Part shown: piece after piece, positions 8,211-17,414 of the stretch | Layout of the letters: each line of letters starts with the position of its first letter | Position numbering within the stretch: the first letter of the stretch is position 1 | Assembly (NCBI GenBank): GCA_031520405.1 | Contig: GCA_031520405.1_4842.1 | DNA from: a phage | Strand: one strand, 5' to 3' | DNA length: 64,000 bases | Notes under the pieces: model-generated | The model's database searches: none | Told to the model about the DNA's origin: nothing | Seen by the model: only the letters and a program-made list of their open reading frames with translations | Translations under genes and position numbers: made by a program

Positions 8211-8336
8211 TGGAGCCGTTTTAGGGAGTCGAACCCAAATGCTTGGCCAGCGCTGACCTTACATCCCATCTGACTTAGGCAACCCACCTCTGCTTACTCA
8301 GGAGCTTATCCCCTTTGGACAGTCAGATATAACGGC
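8211..8336 (-). ncRNA. tRNA-like stable-RNA candidate (about 122 nt) with encoded CCA, acceptor-like stem and T-arm, internal 8-bp hairpin, no anticodon arm found
   Basis: plus strand reads TGG-A-GCCGTTT-TAGGG-AGTCGAA-CCCAA; partner TAACGGC at 8330-8336 gives 6 of 7 acceptor pairs; internal IR 8268-8275 with 8321-8328. Confidence 0.3.
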
Positions 8337-8942
8337 TTTGGGATTGGAGGAAGGACTCGAACCTTCTCATGTACGCTCCTGATTTCTCAGAAGTAGTCTG
8401 CTCCCATCGACCTATTAAGTACACGCTCCGCTCATTGTCGGCGGGAGATTATTAATCACACCCTCCCGCCTATTTTAGTGCGCCGAATTTTGTTATGAGG
8501 AATCGGAAGACCTCACTGGTGTATGGCTATTAAGCTACTGCCAGGAACGTGTTATCATTAGCGATTATTTTTGTGGTCAGTTTCTAAAAACCCGCAAAGT
8601 CACGCACAACGAAAACGAAAACCTGTTTGAGTCCTAAACCTACCTGTCTTGGTCTCACATCGCTATGAGTGGCCAGGACTCAAACAGCTTGCCGTTCAGT
8701 GAGTTAACTATACTTTGTAACCCGTTATTGATAAAACCTTTTATTTTGTTGGCGAGGGTGCGGAATCGAACCACACTTCTGAGCGCTACCCCGTGTCACC
8801 AATGCACCACCTCACCATCGATTTGCCGGAACTTACGCATCCGGCCTCGTCCTGTCGGTGTTCTTCTGAATCCGGGAAGATCAGCAGGAACTATGAATCA
8901 AGTTAATTCAACCAACAGGAATCCTCTTGTTGCCCTTTGACG

Positions 8943-8979
8943 CAACATTATGAACCCTCTATGAAGACTCATAATGTTG
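8943..8979. repeat. 11-bp inverted repeat with 15-nt spacer
   Basis: CAACATTATGA at 8943-8953 pairs with TCATAATGTTG at 8969-8979. Confidence 0.85.
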
Positions 8980-9274
8980 TCGGCGTGATGGAGATTAGCG
9001 CCCCCGACCTCCCCTTATATGTTGGTGTCGACTTGCCAACAGGGTGCTCTCTGATTCTGAGCTAATCACGCTACAACAGGGAGTTTCGTTCTCCGACGGT
9101 CAAGTGCGTCCACTGACACCAGCGAGGTGGCTATTACGCCTCTATTCACACAAGCCCCTGAGACTAGGGGTTAACTGGTTTTGGGCTGCAAACCCGACTC
9201 CCACTGTGTTATTTCCCTCATGTTTAATACTTTACCGCAGCCCAGCTAATTTGAAAAGTCCTCTCCCCTTTGAG

Positions 9275-9421
9275 CTACACTGCCCACAGCAGTGCGGACG
9301 AACCTTCACTCAAAACCGGATGCGCCGAAGTGGGCAACTGTTTACCGGACTGATCGGGTAGACCCAGGAGAGAGCAGGTAATCCCGATCAGGAGGATGAG
9401 GAGTAACATCATGTAAAACAT
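9275..9421 (-). CDS. small hydrophobic protein, 48 aa (predicted N-terminal membrane helix); below the ORF-track size cutoff
   Basis: minus-strand ORF MFYMMLLLILLIGITCSLLGLPDQSGKQLPTSAHPVLSEGSSALLWAV; GAAGGGAGGG RBS 5-8 nt upstream of ATG. Confidence 0.55.
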   Translation of the reverse strand: MFYMMLLLILLIGITCSLLGLPDQSGKQLPTSAHPVLSEGSSALLWAV

Positions 9422-9478
9422 AGTGTTCCCTCCCTTCCATGCAACTAACTTTACTACAATTATTTATTGAATAAAGCG

Positions 9479-10048
9479 TTATTTTAACACTTCTAACTTC
9501 ACAACACGACGCAGAAGGTAAACATATTCGCCAGCAGCTTCATGCGTCATATAATGGGTAGAAGGTGTGGAATGATTGTTCTGGGTTTCTTTTAATCCAA
9601 CACGTTCTGCCCAACCATTAATAGAGTTCCCATAGAAACCGATAATCGCGCCAAAATAAATGCGCTGGCTTTCTGGCTCTAAAACATAGTTGACAGTGAA
9701 GCAAATATCAGAACGAATAGACTCCAGTTTCATACCAACACGACCTTCGGAGAATTCGTTACGAACATATAAATGACGGAAACGATCGCGCCGCGCTTGT
9801 GATGATTCTTCCAATTCTTGTCGGAGTGAAGAAGTTACGTCAATATTAAATGAAAATGTTGGATTCTGTAAATCGGAACGGGCCAACTCTAACGCAGATT
9901 CAACAACGCGACGGAAATTGATACTTTTACCTGTCAGGCGTTTCACTTCATCTGTGATTGTTCCAAAAGGGATTTTCGTGGCGCGTTCCCCTTCGTATTT
10001 TGCCAATAAAGGAATAATGTGTTTCATGATTGCTGTGTTAATGTGCAT
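9479..10048 (-). CDS. hypothetical protein, first gene of the minus-strand unit that runs into the RNA array
   Basis: 189-aa ORF; divergent from the plus-strand structural genes. Confidence 0.6.
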   Translation of the reverse strand: MHINTAIMKHIIPLLAKYEGERATKIPFGTITDEVKRLTGKSINFRRVVESALELARSDLQNPTFSFNIDVTSSLRQELEESSQARRDRFRHLYVRNEFSEGRVGMKLESIRSDICFTVNYVLEPESQRIYFGAIIGFYGNSINGWAERVGLKETQNNHSTPSTHYMTHEAAGEYVYLLRRVVKLEVLK

Positions 10049-10364
10049 TCCGGAGCCTCACCGAATTGATTAAATGTCTCCATTATTATATTGGAGATAC
10101 GTTTATTGAATATAAACACAGGAATGGCCAATAAAATAATGACAGTGATTATTAATAGGTAAAAACTACTTTTCTACAACATCAAGAAACTGTATCTTAA
10201 CGCGGTGCCCTTCGAGTTGTGAGTGTTAACGAACAACGAGAAGCAGCCACCATGGCTGCGGAATGGGACTGCCTGTCAAGGCGGTGTTACGAGCGAGGGC
10301 GTCAGCCCCCTCGCGAGTATATTCGAATAAATTAAACGCGCGCGAGCGTTTTGATTCCCGTTGG

Positions 10365-10372
10365 CTAAATAT
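10365..10372 (+). promoter_or_regulatory. T4-late-promoter-like box CTAAATAT upstream of the baseplate wedge gene
   Basis: matches the recurring CTAAATA(C/T) motif found upstream of many structural genes here; resembles T4 late consensus TATAAATA. Confidence 0.35.
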
Positions 10373-10411
10373 CTTCAACACCATATTCAAACTCAGGTGA
10401 TGGAGATTATC

Positions 10412-12193
10412 ATGGCCACGCAAACAGTTCCTTCACTCGACGTCAGAGCATTTGAATACATTATTAAACAGCGAATGAAAGCTGATCCCACCTTTAAAGA
10501 TTATGACTTTGAAGGTTCTGGTCTTAGTGCGATTATTCGTTTGTTGGCATCTGACGCGAACGCCATAGCCTTTATGCAAAACATGCTTAATGGTGAAGGC
10601 CATTTGAAGACAGCAAATCAACGTTCAAACGTCGGTTTATCTGCTGCATTTCTTTCCTACACGCCTGACAACTATCGGGCAGCATACATGTATGTCAACA
10701 TCAAAGTTACGCCTTATGACGCCAGCACAGCCCCCAATGAGATCATCATGGATCGGCGCGTAATGTTCGTTGGGGCAAAAGACGGCAGTTCCTACAACTT
10801 TACTGTTGAGAAACCAGTGTCAGCAACGTTGACTGCAGACGGTTATTACATGTTCAACAATGTAAAGTTGGTACAGGGGAATTGGTTGTACAAGACATAT
10901 GATGTTGAAGGAAGCGCGATTTCAACATATACGATTCCTTCTGGGAATGTCGATATCAATCATATGGTCGTGCAAGTACAAGAATCAGAGTCTTCCGACG
11001 TTTCGACGACATATCAACGTTACAACAGTCCATTTGATCTGAGCCAATATGCTTACCTGTATTTCGTAGAATTGGGTATTGACGGTCTGTATGTGTTTGA
11101 ATTCGGGGATGGTTATCTTTCGCGTCGAGTAGAAGATGGGAACGTCATATTCCTTCAATACTTGGAAACTTCTGGTGCTGATGGGAATGATATCACAAGC
11201 CTGTCATCAGCGTCATCCATAGGCGGGTTTAACCAGGTCGACGTAGAATTGGTTTCCGAACGTAGCGCAGGTGGAGACGATCCAGAATCTATTGAGGACA
11301 CTAAACGGTTGGCTCCTTTAGCTTATCAGGCTGATGGTGCTGCGGTTACAGAAACAGATTATGGTGTATTGACTGAAAGGTTATTCTCCAACGTCTCCCG
11401 AGCTAAATCATATGGTGGTGACACGCTGTCTCCTCCTGATTCTGGCTATGTTTACATCGCTGTTATACCTTCTGTTGGTGAGACACTTTCGGACGCTGAG
11501 AAGGCCGATATCGTTGCTGCTCTGGACAAGTATAATGTGGGATCTATTACCCCCAAAATAGTAGACTCCGAGATCACATATATCCAAGTCTCAACGACTA
11601 TATTTTGGGATCCTACTTCTACAGTCTACGTTGAAGAACAGATGAAAGTTGTTGTTGGAAACAGTATCGTTAAATGGGGTGAAAATAATCTCGGCGGATT
11701 TGACCAATTGTTTGACAAAGAAATATTGCAGGAAGCAATTACAAAAATGGAACGTTCTATCAACTCGAATATTACTTCAGTTGGTTATAAACGCCATTTC
11801 AAACCTGATTATGGAGTCTTAGACAGTTTCACATTCAGTTATGGACGAAGTATCAAACCTGGTTCTGTGAAAATAACGGGGTTCAAACCGCTTCCTGCCG
11901 AGGTGGATTTCACTTACTACATGCGCGACAATAATGGCGATCTGAACATGTATAAAGTGAATAACAATGACACGACAAAAGAGTTTTTAGTTCAAAAAAC
12001 AGGGGTTGTGGATTATGCAAATGGGGTTGTAGACCTTCAGCAGATCACGGTCTCTAACTATAACCCTGAAGGGGTGACCATAGTCGTGTTACCGGATGGA
12101 CTGAACCAGAACATACAGGCTACACAAAACCAAGTATTCAAGATTGGTGATGTGGTTGTTACGCCAGAGGTGCGCTATGTCCAAAGATCTTAA
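10412..12193 (+). CDS. gp6: baseplate wedge protein, T4 gp6-like
   Basis: about 593 aa from ATG at 10412 (GGAG RBS); size, position ahead of the tail-fibre genes and remembered similarity to T4 gp6; the track's 10361 start lies inside the promoter box. Confidence 0.6.
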   Translation: MATQTVPSLDVRAFEYIIKQRMKADPTFKDYDFEGSGLSAIIRLLASDANAIAFMQNMLNGEGHLKTANQRSNVGLSAAFLSYTPDNYRAAYMYVNIKVTPYDASTAPNEIIMDRRVMFVGAKDGSSYNFTVEKPVSATLTADGYYMFNNVKLVQGNWLYKTYDVEGSAISTYTIPSGNVDINHMVVQVQESESSDVSTTYQRYNSPFDLSQYAYLYFVELGIDGLYVFEFGDGYLSRRVEDGNVIFLQYLETSGADGNDITSLSSASSIGGFNQVDVELVSERSAGGDDPESIEDTKRLAPLAYQADGAAVTETDYGVLTERLFSNVSRAKSYGGDTLSPPDSGYVYIAVIPSVGETLSDAEKADIVAALDKYNVGSITPKIVDSEITYIQVSTTIFWDPTSTVYVEEQMKVVVGNSIVKWGENNLGGFDQLFDKEILQEAITKMERSINSNITSVGYKRHFKPDYGVLDSFTFSYGRSIKPGSVKITGFKPLPAEVDFTYYMRDNNGDLNMYKVNNNDTTKEFLVQKTGVVDYANGVVDLQQITVSNYNPEGVTIVVLPDGLNQNIQATQNQVFKIGDVVVTPEVRYVQRS

Positions 12194-13031
12194 TAATGGA
12201 CACAACGGGGTTAAGTATGAAACTCCGTTGTTCTACCAGAATGATTTCCCTCTGTTCATAGAATTTATGGACACGTTCTTCAATTGGTTGTATAGACAGC
12301 AGGGGTTCACTCAAGAAGAGATCTTGGCATATCTGGCAGATACGTCTAGTTGGATGAATCCCGAGAGTGAAGATTCTCCGGTTAAACAGCTGATTGATTT
12401 AAAGGCTGACAAGACTCCAGGCTCAGAGGCCAAGGATTATTTGTCTGATAAATTCTTGGTTCGTACCTTTGAGAACATGATGGCTCTGGATGCCGAAGAA
12501 CTTTTAGATGCCGACGGAAGGCCGCTATTGTCAATAGAAGATAAGAACAAACAGATAGATGACTGGTATAATGATTTTGGTTTCCAACGAACTGTTGATA
12601 AATCATTTCAAGAATTTGGACATTTTATCCCAGTCGGTTCGGATTCTTTATTGACGGCCACGGGCGATACGTTCTCTGTTTATATCGAAGGAACGAAACG
12701 GAGAACGCTAGATCATCCACGTTGGTTGAAACTGTTAAAACATATCTATAAAATCCGCGGAACCAAGAAAGCAATTGAATTGTTCTTTTGGATATATTTT
12801 GGTTGTCCAGTCAGTGTCTATTTCCCAAAAGAGGAAATAGGCGGTCTGGATGGCAATTTTGAATGTGACGGTATGACAGGGATGCGTGATGACTATTATT
12901 ATGATGAGTACACTTACGTGATAAGAGTCCCAGGCGACGTATCTGATTTCGAAGGCGTATTTGAACGTGTCTTCCGTCAGCATTTCCATCCTGCTGGGTT
13001 TACTGTATTCCTAGAAAGTTCAAGGAGCTAA
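12177..13031 (+). CDS. baseplate-associated structural protein (function uncertain)
   Basis: ORF in the baseplate/fibre block; likely start ATG 12177 overlapping the upstream stop by 17 nt. Confidence 0.5.
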   Translation: MSKDLNNGHNGVKYETPLFYQNDFPLFIEFMDTFFNWLYRQQGFTQEEILAYLADTSSWMNPESEDSPVKQLIDLKADKTPGSEAKDYLSDKFLVRTFENMMALDAEELLDADGRPLLSIEDKNKQIDDWYNDFGFQRTVDKSFQEFGHFIPVGSDSLLTATGDTFSVYIEGTKRRTLDHPRWLKLLKHIYKIRGTKKAIELFFWIYFGCPVSVYFPKEEIGGLDGNFECDGMTGMRDDYYYDEYTYVIRVPGDVSDFEGVFERVFRQHFHPAGFTVFLESSRS

Positions 13032-13033
13032 AA

Positions 13034-14224
13034 ATGGCCGATTTCCTGAGTCAATATACAGGTCAGCAGATAGATCAGATATTGGGTTCTGTTGACGACA
13101 AAGTAAGTAAAAATGACGTTATTAACGATTTTGAAGTTAACGACCCATTGTTTCCACCATCTGCTCGCCTGACATATGAGTTGAAAAGATCTGTTGACAC
13201 AATCAATGATACTCTGGCCAACAAAGTTATTCGTACAGATAGTGGTGAACAAACAATCAATGGCAAAAAGACTTTCAATGCGTTGTTGGTGACCAATGGG
13301 GGCATACAAGTTCCCGCCGGAAAATCCGTTTCAATCACAGATGAACCAACGAACTCGACAGATGGTGTTAACCTGAGCATGTTGAGAAAGCATGGCGTCA
13401 GTGAAGACACTACCCCGCCTGGTTCTGGTTTGGCTGGGGAGTTGTTGACATCCGGATATTACAAATTCAATTTGGACTTCACCAGGTTGTCTGCGTATAC
13501 CGGACCAACGTTGCCGACTTCAGTTCCAGTACAAACAGATTCTGGAGCGCGTTATTGGACAATGACTGCATTTTTTGATGCGTTGTTTGCAGACAACCGA
13601 TTTAATGGATATGTGACAACGACAGCGTATGACGCAGATATGCTGAGTCTAGAATCCCAGATTAATAACATCAACACGTCGTTGAACGGGAAAGTCAACA
13701 CCTCGACTTACAACACTAAGATGGCGTCATTGGATTTGAGTATCTCCAATATCAATACGTCTCTGGGTAATAAAGTCGAGGTCAGCACGTACAACACGAA
13801 GATGGCATCTCTGGATAACAGCATCAGTTCTCTTTCCAGTGATAAAGTTAGTGTATCAACGTATAATGCCAAGATGACCTCTATCGACAATAGTTTGGGG
13901 AACGCCGTTTATCGTACCAAAACGAATTTGTCGTCATACACGGTTTCGGCTTCTGGAACGACGGCTCTTCCAGATTTTGATTTGGTGAACCTTTGTCAAA
14001 TACTGGTAACTGCGCAATGGGGGATAGGTAACGTTGTTGACACATATCGAGTAACCATAACTCGTGACGGAACGATCAAATCAGAGTTGTTAGTTCAGAA
14101 AAGTACGAGTGGTACAGTGACGTTCACAGGGTCTGTGGTGGGCGGTAAATTGAGAATTTCCGTTGTTAATGCGAATACAACAACTGCTTGTTCTGTTGAT
14201 TATTCTATTGCAGCTTCTTTCTAA
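13034..14224 (+). CDS. fibre-like structural protein with tandem 22-aa repeats
   Basis: 396-aa ORF; AAGGAG RBS; three tandem NTSxxNKVxxSTYNTKMASLD repeats. Confidence 0.6.
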   Translation: MADFLSQYTGQQIDQILGSVDDKVSKNDVINDFEVNDPLFPPSARLTYELKRSVDTINDTLANKVIRTDSGEQTINGKKTFNALLVTNGGIQVPAGKSVSITDEPTNSTDGVNLSMLRKHGVSEDTTPPGSGLAGELLTSGYYKFNLDFTRLSAYTGPTLPTSVPVQTDSGARYWTMTAFFDALFADNRFNGYVTTTAYDADMLSLESQINNINTSLNGKVNTSTYNTKMASLDLSISNINTSLGNKVEVSTYNTKMASLDNSISSLSSDKVSVSTYNAKMTSIDNSLGNAVYRTKTNLSSYTVSASGTTALPDFDLVNLCQILVTAQWGIGNVVDTYRVTITRDGTIKSELLVQKSTSGTVTFTGSVVGGKLRISVVNANTTTACSVDYSIAASF

Positions 14225-14226
14225 AA

Positions 14227-14264
14227 CTAAATACCCCTAGATGACATGAATACATTTAGGGGTA
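14227..14264 (+). promoter_or_regulatory. CTAAATAC late-promoter-like box fused to a 5' hairpin (TACCCCTA/TAGGGGTA) ending 6 nt before the ATG
   Basis: read directly; same architecture recurs at 17375, 19433, 30909, 41158 and 47170. Confidence 0.4.
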
Positions 14265-14270
14265 TTACAA

Positions 14271-17200
14271 ATGGCCAACAAACCAACACAGCCTCTTTTC
14301 CCTTTGGGTTTAGAAACTTCTGAGTCTTCGAACATAAAAGGCTTCAACAACTCCGGCACTATTGAGCATTCCCCTGGTGCCGTAATGACATTTCCTGAAG
14401 ATACTGAAGTTACAGGTCTTCCATCTTCTGTGCGTTACAATCCTGATAGTGATGAATTTGAAGGTTATTACGAAAACGGTGGTTGGCTGTCTTTGGGGGG
14501 CGGTGGAATACGCTGGGAAACGCTCCCTCACGCTCCCTCTAGCAATTTGTTAGAAGGTCGTGGCTATCTCATTAATAATACCACAGGGACATCTACAGTG
14601 GTTCTCCCTTCCCCTACGCGTATTGGGGATTCCGTTACTATTTGTGATGCTTATGGGAAATTTGCCACTTACCCATTGACCGTGTCTCCTTCTGGAAATA
14701 ATTTGTATGGTTCCACTGAAGACATGGCTATAACAACTGATAATGTTTCAGCAACGTTCACTTGGTCTGGACCTGAACAAGGTTGGGTTATCACATCCGG
14801 AGTCGGTCTTGGTCAAGGCCGTGTCTACAGTCGTGAAATCTTTACACAAATTTTGGCGTCTGAAACAAGTGCTGTCACTCTCAATACTCCACCAATAATC
14901 GTGGACGTGTATGCTGACGGAAAACGTCTTGCGGAATCCAAATATTCACTAGATGGGAATGTAATCACTTTCAGTCCTTCTTTGTCAGCCAACACAGAAC
15001 TTCAGGTGATTGAATATACTCCTATTCAATTGGGTAATGGCGGTGGTTCTGGTTCTTCTACGATTACTTGGGTCTATAATGGGGGTTCAGCGATTGGCGG
15101 TGAAACCGAAATCACGTTAGACATCGTTGTTGATGATGTTCCGGCCATTGATATAAACGGAAGTCGCCAGTATAAAAATCTGGGGTTCACATTCGATCCA
15201 TTAACCAGTAAAATCACTCTTGCGCAAGAACTGGATGCAGAGGATGAAGTTGTTGTAATTATCAATGGAACGCCAAACATCTATAATCAAATTGATTATA
15301 CTTTGCGGGAAGTGGCTCGTGTAACCAATGTTAAAGATACAGAGGTCATTTATTTTAGTGTTGGTGCTGTGTTAAGCGGGTATAAAGTTATCTATGATAA
15401 AGTAACACAGAGATCATATTTTATTCCAGAGCTACCGACTGGAACCACGGCAGTCAGCCTTAGTTCTTCGGCTGTACTTGTGCATTCTGCTGGTAGTGTT
15501 GATCTGGGCGCATTAGCTGTATCTCGTGAAGAATACGTAACATTGTCTGGGACATTTGATTCTGGTGCTGTCATCAATACTAAAAATGAATTACTCACTC
15601 ACACGGATGGAAAGTATCGTTGGGATGGTACACTTCCTAAAACCGTTGCTCCTGGCTCAACTCCTATTACAACAGGCGGCGTTGGTGTTGGCGCATGGAT
15701 TAGTGTTGGTGATGCTTCATTGAGAAGTGACTTATTAAAAGATGATGGATACACACTTATTCCATCAGTGCAAATTCAGCAATGGAGAGCTGAGGGTGAC
15801 ATTAGAGGGTGGGGGGCTGTAGACGGTGGATTCAATGATTCAGCCATTTTAGCGGCTCTAAACTCTGATTCACCGAGTATAAAGCTCGGCGGAAGAGGAT
15901 TTGTTTCCAAGGTTTCCGATACCATTAACCACAAAAGCAATAAAGTGATACATAGTGGTTCCCTGAATTTTCAGTTTGTTGGAGGAACTCAGCAAGAGAA
16001 ATCCGGGATACTTATGGCTAACATCGCTAATGCCAAAGTGATTGATGTTGATATAACCGGAACCCTGGACGGCGGCATTCGTGGGTACGGTGGAAGCAAT
16101 ATCGTTATTGACGGAGTGAGTGTTCACGACATCGGGGTTTCAGCATTGACTGGCGAGTGCGGCATGGGGATCTGGTTCGGAGACTACGCACACTATGAGA
16201 ATCAAACTGATGGACTATTAATACAAAATTGCCGCATTAACAATATTGGCGGTGTAGGCATCATGCGCGGTGACGGCATTGGTGTTTATAATGCTAAAAA
16301 CTTTACTATCAGAAACAATAACATCACCACTGTAAACAGAATGGGGATATCAGCAGGTAGTGATTGTTTATATTTCAAAATACACGGGAACTATATTGGC
16401 GATATCTTATTGGCAGGTATAGATATAGAACCAGATGCACATTATACCGCTTCAAATTTCAAGATATACAATAACACTATTATTGGTTTTGCCTCTAGAT
16501 TCGTGACTGCGACTGGCGGTGTTGGTCAGCTTTTTGGTATTGATGTACACGCCAACACTTCATACGGTAAAGTTTACAAGAACATACTGTCGGCAGGTCA
16601 GTATGGAACAGAAGCATTCCATATAGGAAATAATGCAGATGAGATTGAGATTACAGATAACGATCTGATAGGCGGTGCTGTTGTAATCCCATTATTCATT
16701 AAGACATATGATGGTAGTGGTAGTAAGCACATCAAAATAAACCGCAACAGGGCAAAGAGAACATGTAAATCATTTGCAGATGTTGCCATGTCTGAAGATG
16801 TTTATATTTCTGAAAATGTATTCTCTGGAAATAGTTCTGCTGATAGCTTTTTCTTAAGGCTATCGACAATATCTGGGCTTAATGTTGACTATAACCGGTC
16901 CAGTGATACAACAAACTTCATTAAGGCATTTGACGCTGGAAACACATCAAGTATGAAGGTCACTAATAATAATGCATACACTCTTTCAGATGGTATAGAC
17001 ATACTAACTTCTGGTCCACTGGCTGAATTTATTGCTTCTGGAAACACTATTTTATGCCCAGCATCCAACAAAGGAATTTCACTGGAAGTAACAGGTTCAG
17101 GTTCTATTTCTAATATTAGGCTCCGTGGCAACATAATTTATAATGCCACAACTAAAATATATGTATCACCTGCTGCCACTGGATGGGATATGTTAACCAA

Positions 17201-17306
17201 AAATAGCAGGTATGATCTGTCTGGAGTCGCAAATGGCACTCAGCTATTCGAACTATCAAGGAATAGAGTTACTCAATTTTTAAACGGAACATGGTATGAT
17301 GGTTAA
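14271..17306 (+). CDS. tailspike protein 1 (1011 aa) with N-terminal anchor modules and beta-helix-like repeats
   Basis: shares a conserved block (VxYFSVG..SGYKVIYD..YRWDG..GAWxSVGDxSLRxDL) with the two tailspikes at 17415 and 22293; NxxITTVNRMGISAG-type parallel beta-helix repeats. Confidence 0.75.
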   Translation: MANKPTQPLFPLGLETSESSNIKGFNNSGTIEHSPGAVMTFPEDTEVTGLPSSVRYNPDSDEFEGYYENGGWLSLGGGGIRWETLPHAPSSNLLEGRGYLINNTTGTSTVVLPSPTRIGDSVTICDAYGKFATYPLTVSPSGNNLYGSTEDMAITTDNVSATFTWSGPEQGWVITSGVGLGQGRVYSREIFTQILASETSAVTLNTPPIIVDVYADGKRLAESKYSLDGNVITFSPSLSANTELQVIEYTPIQLGNGGGSGSSTITWVYNGGSAIGGETEITLDIVVDDVPAIDINGSRQYKNLGFTFDPLTSKITLAQELDAEDEVVVIINGTPNIYNQIDYTLREVARVTNVKDTEVIYFSVGAVLSGYKVIYDKVTQRSYFIPELPTGTTAVSLSSSAVLVHSAGSVDLGALAVSREEYVTLSGTFDSGAVINTKNELLTHTDGKYRWDGTLPKTVAPGSTPITTGGVGVGAWISVGDASLRSDLLKDDGYTLIPSVQIQQWRAEGDIRGWGAVDGGFNDSAILAALNSDSPSIKLGGRGFVSKVSDTINHKSNKVIHSGSLNFQFVGGTQQEKSGILMANIANAKVIDVDITGTLDGGIRGYGGSNIVIDGVSVHDIGVSALTGECGMGIWFGDYAHYENQTDGLLIQNCRINNIGGVGIMRGDGIGVYNAKNFTIRNNNITTVNRMGISAGSDCLYFKIHGNYIGDILLAGIDIEPDAHYTASNFKIYNNTIIGFASRFVTATGGVGQLFGIDVHANTSYGKVYKNILSAGQYGTEAFHIGNNADEIEITDNDLIGGAVVIPLFIKTYDGSGSKHIKINRNRAKRTCKSFADVAMSEDVYISENVFSGNSSADSFFLRLSTISGLNVDYNRSSDTTNFIKAFDAGNTSSMKVTNNNAYTLSDGIDILTSGPLAEFIASGNTILCPASNKGISLEVTGSGSISNIRLRGNIIYNATTKIYVSPAATGWDMLTKNSRYDLSGVANGTQLFELSRNRVTQFLNGTWYDG

Positions 17307-17317
17307 GTTATTTAAAA

Positions 17318-17341
17318 ACCCCGCTTCGGCGGGGTTCTTAT
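17318..17341 (+). terminator. intrinsic terminator (UUCG tetraloop)
   Basis: ACCCCGC-TTCG-GCGGGGT followed by TCTTATTAT. Confidence 0.65.
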
Positions 17342-17382
17342 TATACCTTTGTTCATAAATTTTATTAGTTCAGACTAAATAC
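17325..17382. repeat. direct repeat copy 1 (about 58 bp, identical to 19383-19440)
   Basis: identical string spanning terminator 3' half through the CTAAATAC box. Confidence 0.9.
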
Positions 17383-17409
17383 TCCATATTGGTCATCCTT
17401 TATGGAGTA
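17375..17409 (+). promoter_or_regulatory. CTAAATAC box plus 5' hairpin TACTCCATA/TATGGAGTA upstream of tailspike 2
   Basis: 9-bp stem, 12-nt loop; 3' arm contains the GGAG RBS; ATG at 17415. Confidence 0.4.
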
Positions 17410-17414
17410 TTATC

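Noticed and set aside
5600-9361. Six-frame ORFs of 60-130 aa across the RNA array (for example 5827..6090, 6961..7350, 8665..8940, 9044..9361)
   Set aside because: They overlap hand-folded tRNAs and each other in several frames, lack ribosome-binding sites and have non-coding composition; only 6705..6929 and the sub-cutoff ORF at 9275..9421 look translated.
10361-10411. N-terminal extension of the baseplate wedge gene proposed by the ORF track
   Set aside because: It would start at a TTG inside the CTAAATAT promoter-like box; the ATG at 10412 has a GGAG ribosome-binding site.
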